A stretch of DNA of 63,261 nt, counting the filler, from Octopus bimaculoides (Eukaryota): assembly GCF_001194135.2 (NCBI RefSeq). It is 4 parts of 4 records of this genome, joined end to end, with 100 filler letters (N's around TTAATTAATTAA, not from the genome) between each part and the next. Parts side by side here need not be neighbours in the genome. Positions count along the whole stretch, not along the records: positions 31,424 to 56,889 come from NC_068985.1; 3 more parts are not named here. One strand, given 5' to 3'. Made by a program: the position numbers and the translations under genes. The notes beneath the pieces are model-generated. The model made no database searches. It had not been told where the DNA came from and saw nothing but the letters and a program-made list of their open reading frames with translations. Shown here in pieces: positions 40,414 to 52,989 of this stretch (positions are counted from its first letter, which is position 1; the number at the start of each line of letters is the position of its first letter).

Positions 40414-41560
40414 GAGACTGTGATGCTTTGCGCGTGTCCTTGACGATGAGCAGATGTGGTTACCGTTTGTCAGTTTCGCTTGCTACAGCTCGTCTCTTGA
40501 CAGAGCTGAATCTTCCTGACTCAAGCATAGGGTGTTTGGCATCTAGAGTGGTGCCAGATGCTCACAACCTTCTGTCAGTCAGGAAATGTGGTGGTGAAAT
40601 TATACTTTCACGTTTTATAGATGGTTAGTGGCGGCCCAAGAATGACAACGCAATCGGGGAGGTTCTGGGCGTTGATAAATATCCACTAACCGTTGCTACC
40701 GGAAGATTTTCTGGCCGGTGTCCACGGATAATTTCTAGAAATCTCTGGCATGGCAGTGTTACCGGTGGAGGGGAGGCATTTCCGGCTCTAAATAAACTCT
40801 ACACGCATGGACATGCTGTAACCCGGGCCTGCTTGAGCTGCATGCAGACCAGCGAAATTCTCTTGCATACACTTGTGTAGTGCCTGAGCATTGCTTGGAT
40901 TTATGTGGGACACATGCTGTGGTGTATAAGACGGAACCGGCTGTCATCCGAGTCCAGTGCAAAGATTGTCCTGCCCCGTCTTCCTCTGGTTGAGAAGAAC
41001 AGGTATTGTTTATTTGTCTGGTAGCCTTTGTGAAAGCAGTTGAGTAGTGGACCAGTTCTAATTGTCTGAAGGCAGACAGTTTCGTCTTTAGTCAGGCCCT
41101 TACCAACTTTTTCCAGTGTCACTTGAAGAAGGAAGAGAGGATAGAGAGGAAAATGTTGCCTTCTGACAAATTTGCTGGAAGGCGGATGAAATTGGCACGG
41201 GTGGGTCGGAATGAAAGGGACTGCTCTGTGCATGTACCCTAGATACAGAAAGAACGGGGAGAAGGAACTTGCTCTCGGGTTCAGGGTGACCTTAGTTTAG
41301 GGGTGTTTCAACGAGCAGCCCTTGGAAGTCTCCTTCCTTTTAGAGAATTAATCTGTGTTTGAATTTAAAGTTCTGCTTATTTGTTTTTTGCTGAATAAAC
41401 TTCCTTCATATTGTATGGCGTTGTGTAGTCTTGAACTACCCATCTCATGTGCTCTTCATATTTATAATAAAGCAGAGTCAGATTTGGGGGGTATTTCCTT
41501 GTTATTTCTCCCACATTGTTCGCTCTATAAAACTTTTGTATATTTCTAAAGAGTGAAGGA
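40414..41560 (+). mobile_element. L1/Tx1-type LINE 3' fragment
   Basis: GC-richer segment with disrupted ORF KLYTHGHAVTRACLSCMQTSEILLHTLV*C (C-terminal CCHC knuckle) ... RIERKMLPSDKF, then a 3' UTR. Confidence 0.65.
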
Positions 41561-42344
41561 AACTAAAATATTATAAACATTATTCCAAGGGGCGACTAGT
41601 TAAAAAAAAAAAACCTACTTAGAATACAGCAGTCAAAGATAATCTGAAAGTTCAGTAAAAATATTTAATCCATAATCGTTAGTCCGACAAAATATATTCT
41701 GTTTCAACCACGGCTAGGGCTATACAGAATATATTTTTTCGTACTAGAAATTATGGATTAAATACTTTTAAAATATCATACAATTACTGGGATAAAGGTT
41801 TTCAGGTAACTAAAACTGGACTGAGATGACCACTAATGTTTTTTTTATCTTTTAGAGGGACGCATCATAATTTTTCTACAATACAGTAAAATAACATAGC
41901 AGCTTCTTATTGTTGGCCGATTATCTTTTGATATTGTATAATAATTTTAGAAACGCCTGATACTTCTTGCGTGTATTGATTTCTCGGTGTTATGTCAAAG
42001 CGTGAAAAGGCGAAATCTGTTTTTACTCGACATATGGCCTAAGTAAAATTCAAGCAAGTTCTGTCTATAATCAAATTATATTATTGCCTATGATGGAAGT
42101 GAATTCAATAACACTGCTATTGTTTATTCCCATGCCAACTTTATATCATCAAATCTATTCCACCTCTAACCATTTCATCCATTTTCCCCACTCATAACAT
42201 ATCTAGAGCTACATTACGAAATGTGGCTTCAGCTTTTAGTAGACATGAAATTGTGATTTGTGGGTTATTTGGCTACTACTTTTAGCTTAAATATTCATTG
42301 AATCAAAAAATTCAAGCTTTAGTGGTATGGTAGTATGTTGTTGT

Positions 42345-42715
42345 TGGCACTCCGTCGCTTACGACAACGAGGGTTCCTGTTGATCCGATCAACGGAACAG
42401 CCTGCTCGTGAAATTAACGTGCAAGTGGCTGAGCACTCTACACACACGGGTACCCTTAATGTAGTTCTCTGGGATATTCAGCGTGACACAGTGTGACAAC
42501 GCTGACCTTTTGAATTACAGGCACAACAGAAACAGGAAGTAAGATTGAGAGAAAGTTGTGGTGAAAGAGTACAGCAGGGTTAGCCACCACCCCCTGCCGG
42601 AGCCTCGTGGAGCTTTAGGTGTTTTCGCTCAAACACTCACAACGCCCGGAATCGAAACCGCGATCCTACGACTGCGAGTCCGCTGCCCTAACCATTGGGC
42701 CATTACGCCTCCACA
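42345..42715 (-). mobile_element. SINE family C, full length
   Basis: Reverse-complement match to 39937-40310. Confidence 0.9.
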
Positions 42716-43124
42716 TGGTTGTATAAATATGGGAATATAAGTTAGGTGGTTGGAAGAGATTTGCAACAATTATTCTAAGTATTTCTTTCCTATAAATAGA
42801 GTCGTTAATATATAACTATCTTCAAATATTTTCATCTTATGTGTTTCAATCTCAAGGAGCCACTCAATGAATTGCAGCTGGCCAGAGTACTAATTAATAC
42901 AAAACATCTATAAAGACATGGACATTGAATAATTGATTTTCACTTTTAGAAATGATAATGATATTAATATTTTGAACTTTCTCCGATATTAAGGTCGCAG
43001 AATATAGAACTAGCTGAAGAAGAGAATATATAGGCAACGACAGCTGAAGCGTCGTTCACCAAGTGTTTCCTTGCTGTACAATATGGAAGTTGGTTCTCGT
43101 CAAATTGAACCATTTCAGTACGCA

Positions 43125-43197
<73 letters not shown>

Positions 43198-43204
43198 ACG
43201 TGTG

Positions 43205-43447
43205 TGTCTTATTTTTTATCGTTTACTTGTTTCAGTGGTCAGACTGCGGCCATGTTGCAACACCGTCTTGCAGAAATTTTAGTGGAGCGAATCGTTCCCG
43301 GTACATATTGTCTTTTTAAACCTGATATTTACTGAATCGGTCGCTGTTGCCGAAAAGCTAAGTTAGGCGGATATAGACACAGCAATGCCGGTTATTAAGC
43401 TGTGGTGGTGGAGGGGACAAGCACTGACACAAACACGGACACACACA

Positions 43448-43479
<32 letters not shown>

Positions 43480-43620
43480 TGTATGCATATATATGTGTGC
43501 GCGTGTATCCACGACGGGCGTCTTTCGGTTTCCGTCTACCAAACAACCACACCCATTCACAAGTTTTTGGTCGGCCTGTGACTATAGTACAAGACACTTA
43601 CGCAAAGGGTGACGCAGTGT
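43205..43620 (-). mobile_element. SINE family B
   Basis: Tail gactgcggccatgttg, internal (CA)n, ggtttccgtctacc, ttgg(t)cggcc. Confidence 0.8.
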
Positions 43621-43914
43621 GTGTGTGTTTGTGTAAGTATATTCTATAACTATGAAATATATTCCTTATTTTGGCTCTCGACTCTTTGATGGAGTAATTA
43701 GGGGTTCCACATATTGTTAAACCTCACGGAGCCCATCCCGTTCCAGCTATTACCACAGCCGCTTACGGGCAGAGAGAGAGAGAGAGAGAGAGAGAGAAGT
43801 CCTGAGGTCGATTTGTTCGACTAAAAACCCCTTCAAGGCGATGTTCCAGCATGGTCAGTCAAATGACTGAAACAAGTAAAAGAATAAACGAATGCATAAA
43901 AGCAAATATCTGAT

Positions 43915-44400
43915 ATTGGATTGCTGAACCAGTTGACAGAGAAACATCATTATCACAAACTCGACCACTACCATAGCTTCACTGTCTCCGTTAGTGCTTT
44001 TGGCTGTATTTGGTACGACGTTTTGTAGAAATCGATGAGGGATTTTCCGTTCGATAACAAACTGATCCCAGTAATTCAATCCCTATACAGCGTGGTGATC
44101 CTGAATAAGGCCATCAGAGTCACTTTCGGGACAACAATCAAAGTACGTCAAAGCTATCCCTTTGCGCCGTTGCTTTTCGACATCTTCCAACAGAATGGAC
44201 GAGACAGTACGTGACTTCCAGCCTTCCGCTTGCAACTTGCGTTTTGTGGTCGATATCGACCTAATGGAAGGCACCAAAGCAGAACTCCAGGAACTGACCA
44301 CCAGACTGGAAAAAGTAGCAGAGCGTACGGAATTATGTTCAGTTCAGAAAAATATCTGATCAATAATTACAACAGGGACATAACAACCACAGCCGTTTGT
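43915..44400 (+). mobile_element. RTE-like reverse transcriptase remnant
   Basis: HSFTVSVSAFGCIW (FIDFKKAFD-like), KVRQSYPFAPLLFDIF, NLRFVVDIDLM (NLRFADDIDL-like), ELQELTTRLEK. Confidence 0.75.
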
Positions 44401-44631
44401 TTTGTGCTCCGTATACAAGAGACAGAACAGACCTCTGATGCACTTGTCTTCGAACGCCTGGAGTATTCATTCCATTTTTGTTGCAGATGTCCAGCCTTTG
44501 TAGGAAGTGTACAAGTGTAGAAAGGTTGATGCTGTGCGCATACACACACACACACAGGACGCAAGCAGAAGCGCGCATACAGACGCCCACAAGTACAAAC
44601 ACACACACACATGAATACCAATAATGAAGTA

Positions 44632-44675
<44 letters not shown>

Positions 44676-44685
44676 NNNNNNNNNN

Positions 44686-44724
<39 letters not shown>

Positions 44725-44885
44725 GCCAGATGATGCTATTAAGTTAGGCATGGCCTGGGTCAATACTGGCCGAAACCTATCAAAGTATCAAAGTATGTCC
44801 ACACATACACACACACACACATACCCCCCACACATATATATATGTGTGTGTGTATGTATGTATGTATATCTATACGCATACATAC

Positions 44886-44920
<35 letters not shown>

Positions 44921-45179
44921 CATAGATACGCACACGTCTATGTGTATACGCGCGTGCACGTGCACAACCAAACTGAGTACAGATAATGTATTAGCCAACC
45001 AAATTCAACATGGTCTGATTTTCACATTATATTTTCTTAATATTTTTAGAAGTATTTACTTTTTTTTTTTTTACAACAAACGTCAGATAGATACTGTTAT
45101 GGTGAAGACAACCACAATTGGGTGGCGTTACTGTCTAGTTAGAGTGAGACAATCTATAAAATAAATTCGTATTACTACA

Positions 45180-46430
45180 ATTTTCGGGTCAATGTTATTT
45201 TCAAATCAAAATTAATTTGTAATTAATATCATTGCTCATTTAGCACTACTCTGAACTTCTCGATAAAATTCTTTAATTTTGACCTCTTATTTTTACTTCA
45301 GTTGAGTCATAAATTTTATAAAATGGGAATATTAAATTTTAAAAATATTACAGCATGTAATGACAACTTAGTATCTATCAGACATTAAGGTCCCTAATTT
45401 GTTGTTAGTGAACTCCCATGCACTCTGATAATGTGCTTCAGATCTGCCCAATATATTTGTTCTCAATTCGAACTATAATATAGTTCTCTGTTTTTCTCTT
45501 TTTTTATAGTCTATATTTTCAGTTCATATGATTTTATGCTGTTATAATGACAAGAACATATGAATTAACATTTATACATCATCAATCATCATCGCACGTA
45601 GATACTGTCAGCTTTTTATTGTAGTTATTTAGATCAAGCTTTTCCTATGTTCAAAGTAGCGTTCTCTCTGAAATTATATCCTTCAGTTTATTACATTCGT
45701 AATCGTTAAGTTTGATTTTGCGACGTTAAAAATATTCTGTTTACGCTGATCAAGTATCATTATAAAATATATAATATCCTGGTTTTGTGTTCATCTTTTT
45801 GGCCCGAGGTTGTTCTTCAGATATTCGTTTCGCCCTTCTATGCCATTTTGTGTAAGTGAGATGGATATTTTCTTTAAGTAGAATATCGTTGAGTTCCATA
45901 GTCTTTTCGTCCACAACAAGGGTGTAAATTTTGTTTCAGACAGTCTTTTGATATTATACTTAATTACCAGTATGAGCAGACATGGTAATTTTATGGTACT
46001 CAAATTTTGTTGTTTGTTGTAAAGTATTCAAAAAGAAACTGAATTGTTCTAAAGTATCTAAAAGTTTGTTCGTAATCTTTTCCATTAAACTTCTGTAGGT
46101 CTTCAAAAATGAATACTATAGAATTATTCTCCCTTTGGTAGAAATTTTGTTCAAATGTTGGAGTGAATGTAATATCTGTGATTATACCTCAGATTTTTAG
46201 GGTTTTTTTTTTTTTTTTTGTAGATGAAACCTAATGCATTTTCTTCGAGAATAAGATAACGGCAAATTCAAAGGCTATGGTAAGTCTACTGACAATCGTT
46301 TCTTTATAATTTCAGACCAAATATTTGACTGCTGTTTTGTCAAATTAAAAATAAAACTCGGTATACAGGTACCCAATTGTTTCAAAGCATTTTCATTGGA
46401 ATAATTACAGTGATTTCTGTCGATAACGTC
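45180..46430 (-). mobile_element. Highly degraded Penelope-like RT remnant
   Basis: Fragmentary minus-strand peptides (IYTLVVDEKTMELNDILLKENI; a YVR..DD-like segment) with many stops. Confidence 0.4.
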
Positions 46431-46515
46431 TGCCGAACCGCTAAGTTACGGGGACGTAAACACACCAACATCGGTATCTAAGCAATGGTGGGAGGGAACA
46501 AACGTAGACACAAAT

Positions 46516-46578
<63 letters not shown>

Positions 46579-46613
46579 TATACATATATATACATATATA
46601 CATACACATACAC

Positions 46614-46646
<33 letters not shown>

Positions 46647-46804
46647 CACATACAAGCATGCATATACATATACATATATACATATATATACATACATTTG
46701 CATACATACATAAATATATATAGATAGACATATAAAGACATATATATACATGCATATCTATACACATATATGCATGCATATATATATATATATATATATA
46801 TATA

Positions 46805-46850
46805 CAAACATCTATATAAATACACAGTGTAACGAATTGAAATGAAAGTA

Positions 46851-46891
<41 letters not shown>

Positions 46892-46943
46892 TATATACAA
46901 ACATCTATATAAATACACAGTGTAACGAATTGAAATGAAAGTA
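46805..46943 (+). repeat. Tandem duplication with 93-bp period and identical 46-bp core
   Basis: caaacatctatataaatacacagtgtaacgaattgaaatgaaagta at 46805-46850 and 46898-46943. Confidence 0.9.
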
Positions 46944-46984
<41 letters not shown>

Positions 46985-47038
46985 TATTTATTTATTTATG
47001 TGTTTCAGCCAAGTGGCTGCGGTCATGCTGGTGCACCA

Positions 47039-47150
47039 TATAATACTTTCACTATTATATGGTTTCAATTTCAATGACGTTCACTAAGTATATATATATA
47101 CTTAGTGAACGTCATTGAAATTGAAACCATATAATAGTGAAAGTATTATA
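47039..47150. repeat. Perfect 112-bp palindrome centred on (TA)n
   Basis: tataatactttcactattatatggtttcaatttcaatgacgttcactaag-(ta)6-cttagtgaacgtcattgaaattgaaaccatataatagtgaaagtattata. Confidence 0.95.
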
Positions 47151-49438
47151 ACACATTACAATAGAGATGTTATTGTTTCAATTTTGAGACGTGAGAGATA
47201 AGAAATTTCTCCGGGCTCATATTAGACAAAAATTTTGGCCCATGACACGGCATGGACCCTACGTAAGGCATAAGTAAAATCGTAATAAAATTGGATCGGT
47301 TTGTTAGTTCTCGAGTTTTAGTGATGCACACATATAGAAACACAGACAGACAGACACACATTCTCAGTTTTATAATTATAGATTATATCTTACTCGTATA
47401 ATACATACACGTATATAAGCACACATCTGTCTCTATGTATATTCGGGCGTTCTCGCACGAGGTGTGACATGTTTTGTGTGTCTGCACGCACCTGTATGTA
47501 TATGTGCCTGTGTATGCGAGTTTCAGTTTTCTGGCTGGCTGAAGCCAAGGAAGAACAAAGTTTCGCTGATGGTGACTGTCGAGCAAGGAGCACTACTTAA
47601 CAGCTGTGCACATGTCTCCAGAAATGTTTGGCCATTCTTTTCTTCATGGCATCTTAATTAAGAAGTATGTTTGACTCTTTCTGATTATCTCTCCTCATTA
47701 ATCATAACTGGGAGCATTCAGCACTTTCCTCTCTTTCTTTCTCTTTTAGTCATTCTCTCTCTCCCCCTCTTTCTCTCTCTCTCTGTCATACGTATATATC
47801 TATATGTATATAACATATACATAAACACACATATACATACATTCTTATATATATATATATATATATNNNNNNNNNNNNNNNNNNNNNNNNNNNNNNNNNN
47901 NNNNNNNNNNNNNNNNNNNNNNNNNNNNNNNNNNNNNNNNNNNNNNNNNNNNNNNNNNNNNNNNNNNNNNNNNNNNNNNNNNNNNNNNNNNNNNNNNNNN
48001 NNNNNNNNNNNNNNNNNNNNNNNNNNNNNNNNNNNNNNNNNNNNNNNNNNNNNNNNNNNNNNNNNNNNNNNNNNNNNNNNNNNNNNNNNNNNNNNNNNNN
48101 NNNNNNNNNNNNNNNNNNNNNNNNNNNNNNNNNNNNNNNNNNNNNNNNNNNNNNNNNNNNNNNNNNNNNNNNNNNNNNNNNNNNNNNNNNNNNNNNNNNN
48201 NNNNNNNNNNNNNNNNNNNNNNNNNNNNNNNNNNNNNNNNNNNNNNNNNNNNNNNNNNNNNNNNNNNNNNNNNNNNNNNNNNNNNNNNNNNNNNNNNNNN
48301 NNNNNNNNNNNNNNNNNNNNNNNNNNNNNNNNNNNNNNNNNNNNNNNNNNNNNNNNNNNNNNNNNNNNNNNNNNNNNNNNNNNNNNNNNNNNNNNNNNNN
48401 NNNNNNNNNNNNNNNNNNNNNNNNNNNNNNNNNNNNNNNNNNNNNNNNNNNNNNNNNNNNNNNNNNNNNNNNNNNNNNNNNNNNNNNNNNNNNNNNNNNN
48501 NNNNNNNNNNNNNNNNNNNNNNNNNNNNNNNNNTATATATATATATATATATATATGAATCTTAGGGAAAACTGCATTTGTAATTTCGTTATGAACAAAA
48601 TGAAACAAAATGGGAATGAATACAGTCGATGTGTACACACACACATACACGCACCAACACATAAACACTATCGCGTGCACGCACAAATATGCACATAGCA
48701 AAATTATACTTTAAGACCAAATACCCTACTTGTGTGCATGTGTATGTGTGTATGTTTGTGTGCATGTGTTCATGTATGTGTGCGCGTTTGCATATGCATG
48801 TGTGTATGCGTACACTAATTTCATGCAACATTTATGCGTATGCAATCTTCTAACTAGATTAATGCTTGACATTTCCTGGAAGCTGGAGAGCGTAATTTCG
48901 TTAGCCTATATCCTTAACTATATGTAAACTCGGGCATGTCAGTCTCCCATATCGTAGCACGAGTTTTATAAATTTAGATTTAGAGATCATAATCAGTTAA
49001 TTTGATATTGTTATATAACAGATTCGATAAGAATTTATCCCGCCTATGCACTAAAATCCACAGGCTGCTTTCCAACACAACTAAGTTTCCTGCTTACACT
49101 TAAGTCCACGAACATTTATTCCCCACTGGGTCAGTGCTAACGTATTTTTGCGGTCCAAGTGATCTTCTATACTGAAGCCAATACGTGAGCTTCTATGTAG
49201 TCTCACGAAATGCAAGAAATAGCAGCCGTGTCTCCATCAGATCATATCTCAAATGTATATATATATATATAAAAGATAATAAGAGTGAAAAAACTACAGA
49301 AGGCTTGTGTTACATGGTTAAAGTATATATTTAAATTATGTCAGAAAAATGTTATAAAAATGTTATAAAATCTTTTTGGTATATAAACATTGTATTTTGA
49401 GAAATAACCGGCTTCGTGTTGTCTTTTCAAATTTCTCT

Positions 49439-49485
<47 letters not shown>

Positions 49486-50352
49486 NNNNNNNNNNNNNNN
49501 NNNNNNNNNNNNNNNNNNNNNNNNNNNNNNNNNNNNNNNNNNNNNNNNNNNNNNNNNNNNNNNNNNNNNNNNNNNNNNNNNNNNNNNNNNNNNNNNNNNN
49601 NNNNNNNNNNNNNNNNNNNNNNNNNNNNNNNNNNNNNNNNNNNNNNNNNNNNNNNNNNNNNNNNNNNNNNNNNNNNNNNNNNNNNNNNNNNNNNNNNNNN
49701 NNNNNNNNNNNNNNNNNNNNNNNNNNNNNNNNNNNNNNNNNNNNNNNNNNNNNNNNNNNNNNNNNNNNNNNNNNNNNNNNNNNNNNNNNNNNNNNNNNNN
49801 NNNNNNNNNNNNNNNNNNNNNNNNNNNNNNNNNNNNNNNNNNNNNNNNNNNNNNNNNNNNNNNNNNNNNNNNNNNNNNNNNNNNNNNNNNNNNNNNNNNN
49901 NNNNNNNNNNNNNNNNNNNNNNNNNNNNNNNNNNNNNNNNNNNNNNNNNNNNNNNNNNNNNNNNNNNNNNNNNNNNNNNNNNNNNNNNNNNNNNNNNNNN
50001 NNNNNNNNNNNNNNNNNNNNNNNNNNNNNNNNNNNNNNNNNNNNNNNNNNNNNNNNNNNNNNNNNNNNNNNNNNNNNNNNNNNNNNNNNNNNNNNNNNNN
50101 NNNNNNNNNNNNNNNNNNNNNNNNNNNNNNNNNNNNNNNNNNNNNNNNNNNNNNNNNNNNNNNNNNNNNNNNNNNNNNNNNNNNNNNNNNNNNNNNNNNN
50201 NNNNNNNNNNNNNNNNNNNNNNNNNNNNNNNNNNNNNNNNNNNCTAAGCCACGCGCCTTCACACACACACACACACACACATATATCGTTTGTAGAAAAC
50301 AATCGTTTGTAGAAAACAATCGTTTATAGAAAGCATAAACCGGCCTTCCCTA

Positions 50353-50506
50353 GGAGTGGGTGGGTGGTAAGTAGCCTGCTTACCAACCACATGGTTCAGG
50401 GTTCAGTCCCATTGCGTGGCACCTTGGGCAAGTGTCTTCTATTATAGCCTCGGACCGACCAGAGCCTTGTGAGTGGATTTGGTAGATGGAAACTGAAAGA
50501 AGCCCG

Positions 50507-50543
<37 letters not shown>

Positions 50544-50740
50544 CGTGTGTTTGACCCTCACTATCACTTGACAACCGATGTTGGTGTGTTTACCTCCCAG
50601 TATTAGAGCGTTTAGGCAAAAGAGACCGATAGGTTAAGTACTAGGCTGACAAAGAATAAGTTCTGGGATCGATTTGTTCGACTAAAGGCGGTGCTCCAGC
50701 ATGGCTGCAGTCATATAACTGAAACAAGTAAAAGAGTAAA
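50353..50740 (+). mobile_element. SINE family B, near full length
   Basis: B-box ggttcagtccc, CORE-like accttgggcaagtgtctt, (GT)n, then tail gcggtgctccagcatggctgcagtc..tgaaacaagtaaaagagtaaaa. Confidence 0.85.
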
Positions 50741-50874
50741 AAAGTATGTATATATATATCAGATTCAGATAATATTGCCAGGTGTATGCTATCTTGCTAA
50801 AACATGCAATGGTCATGGTTGAATAGATATGATGTATAATTAAGTAAAAGACGTTTAGACGAGGTGATCTGCAT

Positions 50875-51180
50875 TCTCTATACACACAGTAACGTAGTTC
50901 ATATGCAATGTACCAACTTCAAAGTCTTAAATTCACAAAGATTATCATTGCAATCAATAGATAACTACCTTTTAAGATTGCTTTCGGGAGCATATTCAAA
51001 GAACTCTGCAGCACATGTCAAGTCAACCTGTTGCCACCCACTTCAACACAAAATGCCATTCCATCACACAGTTATCAGTGTGCAACATCTCCGCTCACCA
51101 TCGATTCACACGCTGAAAGGAAACGGAACGAACAATGTTTCATATTTAAACTAGAAGCCAAGGTCAACGACGCGTTCAAA
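50875..51180 (+). mobile_element. Penelope-like GIY-YIG endonuclease remnant (Neptune-like)
   Basis: THSNVVHMQCTN ... FREHIQRTLQHMSSQPVATHFNTKCHSITQLSVC ... KETERTMFHI, followed by a CT-rich tract. Confidence 0.7.
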
Positions 51181-52637
51181 TGAACGATTTTTGTTTTTCT
51201 TTTTTACCCTTCTCCTATCTCACTCTTAGATAAGTACTCCCATTCTTATTCTTCACCTTCACTCACACCTCACTTTTTCTCTTTACTTCACTCTTGCCTG
51301 CTTCTCCTTCGCTTTTCATTTCTCCTTCCTTCTCCCTCTCCCTCCTAGTTTTTCCCCTCCCACTGCTTCCTGTCTACGCTTGAAGCTCCCATTGCGTTGC
51401 ATTCCCAGCAATCGCTCTCCGTTTCTTAAATATTAGACGCTGTAAAACTCTGTTGATTTCATTTTATTTCTCAGATTTCATCTTTACCCTGTAAAAGGAT
51501 TCTGTTTGAAATGTTGGATATTGCACTCCCCAGCGGTAGTTTTTATCTTGCTCTTTCTGTCGCTTTAAGAATGAAACATTAAAAAAATTAAAAGCGAGAC
51601 AGATAGCTTCGATAAGTATTAAGCAAATAAAGATGATACTTATGGGAATAAATCTTGTCTTTAATGCCTTTGAAGCAGGAAACATGTTTCAGTATTATTC
51701 GACCTCTCCAGCAAAGCATATTCTTCTTAGCATGGCAATTAACGGCAAATATTTATAGAAATAGAATATATATNNNNNNNNNNNNNNNNNNNNNNNNNNN
51801 NNNNNNNNNNNNNNNNNNNNNNNNNNNNNNNNNNNNNNNNNNNNNNNNNNNNNNNNNNNNNNNNNNNNNNNNNNNNNNNNNNNNNNNNNNNNNNNNNNNN
51901 NNNNNNNNNNNNNNNNNNNNNNNNNNNNNNNNNNNNNNNNNNNNNNNNNNNNNNNNNNNNNNNNNNNNNNNNNNNNNNNNNNNNNNNNNNNNNNNNNNNN
52001 NNNNNNNNNNNNNNNNNNNNNNNNNNNNNNNNNNNNNNNNNNNNNNNNNNNNNNNNNNNNNNNNNNNNNNNNNNNNNNNNNNNNNNNNNNNNNNNNNNNN
52101 NNNNNNNNNNNNNNNNNNNNNNNNNNNNNNNNNNNNNNNNNNNNNNNNNNNNNNNNNNNNNNNNNNNNNNNNNNNNNNNNNNNNNNNNNNNNNNNNNNNN
52201 NNNNNNNNNNNNNNNNNNNNNNNNNNNNNNNNNNNNNNNNNNNNNNNNNNNNNNNNNNNNNNNNNNNNNNNNNNNNNNNNNNNNNNNNNNNNNNNNNNNN
52301 NNNNNNNNNNNNNNNNNNNNNNNNNNNNNNNNNNNNNNNNNNNNNNNNNNNNNNNNNNNNNNNNNNNNNNNNNNNNNNNNNNNNNNNNNNNNNNNNNNNN
52401 NNNNNNNNNNNNNNNNNNNNNNNNNNNNNNNNNNNNNNNNNNNNNNNNNNNNNNNNNNNNNNNNNNNNNNNNNNNNNNNNNNNNNNNNNNNNNNNNNNNN
52501 NNNNNNNNNNNNNNNNNNNNNNNNNNNNNNNNNNNNNNNNNNNNNNNNNNNNNNNNNNNNNNNNNNNNNNNNNNNNNNNNNGTTCACATGGTCAAAATTA
52601 ACGTGAGTTATTTAGACATTAACAAATTTATTAGAAT

Positions 52638-52699
52638 ATTTAGCTGAAGATCAGAATAGAGTTTTCTTTACTCTTAACTGTGAAACGATCGTACTAAAT
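52638..52699 (+). ncRNA. Type I hammerhead ribozyme motif with fully canonical core
   Basis: atttag-CTGAAGA-[tcagaatagag...ctcttaactgt]-GAAAC-GATC-GTA-ctaaat. 6-bp Watson-Crick helix I, palindromic helix III ACGATCGT, predicted cleavage after A52693. Confidence 0.8.
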
Positions 52700-52989
52700 T
52701 AACTAAAGGCAAGTGTTTTTTTACTCTTCTCTACTGTTTTTTGTTCTGTGTGTATCAAAAATATCGCTATCAATCTGGAGTAATAATTTGTAGTTTTGAA
52801 ATCAGTAGTTCTTTGACTGCAATTTCTGAATTCTCAGTATGTTGGAGAAGCAGGTTACTGTCAATCCCTATATATTTATGATTATATATATTTATATATA
52901 TATATTGATGTAGATAATTGCTATCGATAACATGGCTAAGCGGAAATACCTCTGATGAATGCTGTGCTTATTAAATACACCTAATGTGT

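Noticed and set aside
50286-50330. 17-bp tandem atcgtttgtagaaaaca x2.6
   Set aside because: Ordinary short slippage repeat; no spacers, so not CRISPR-like.
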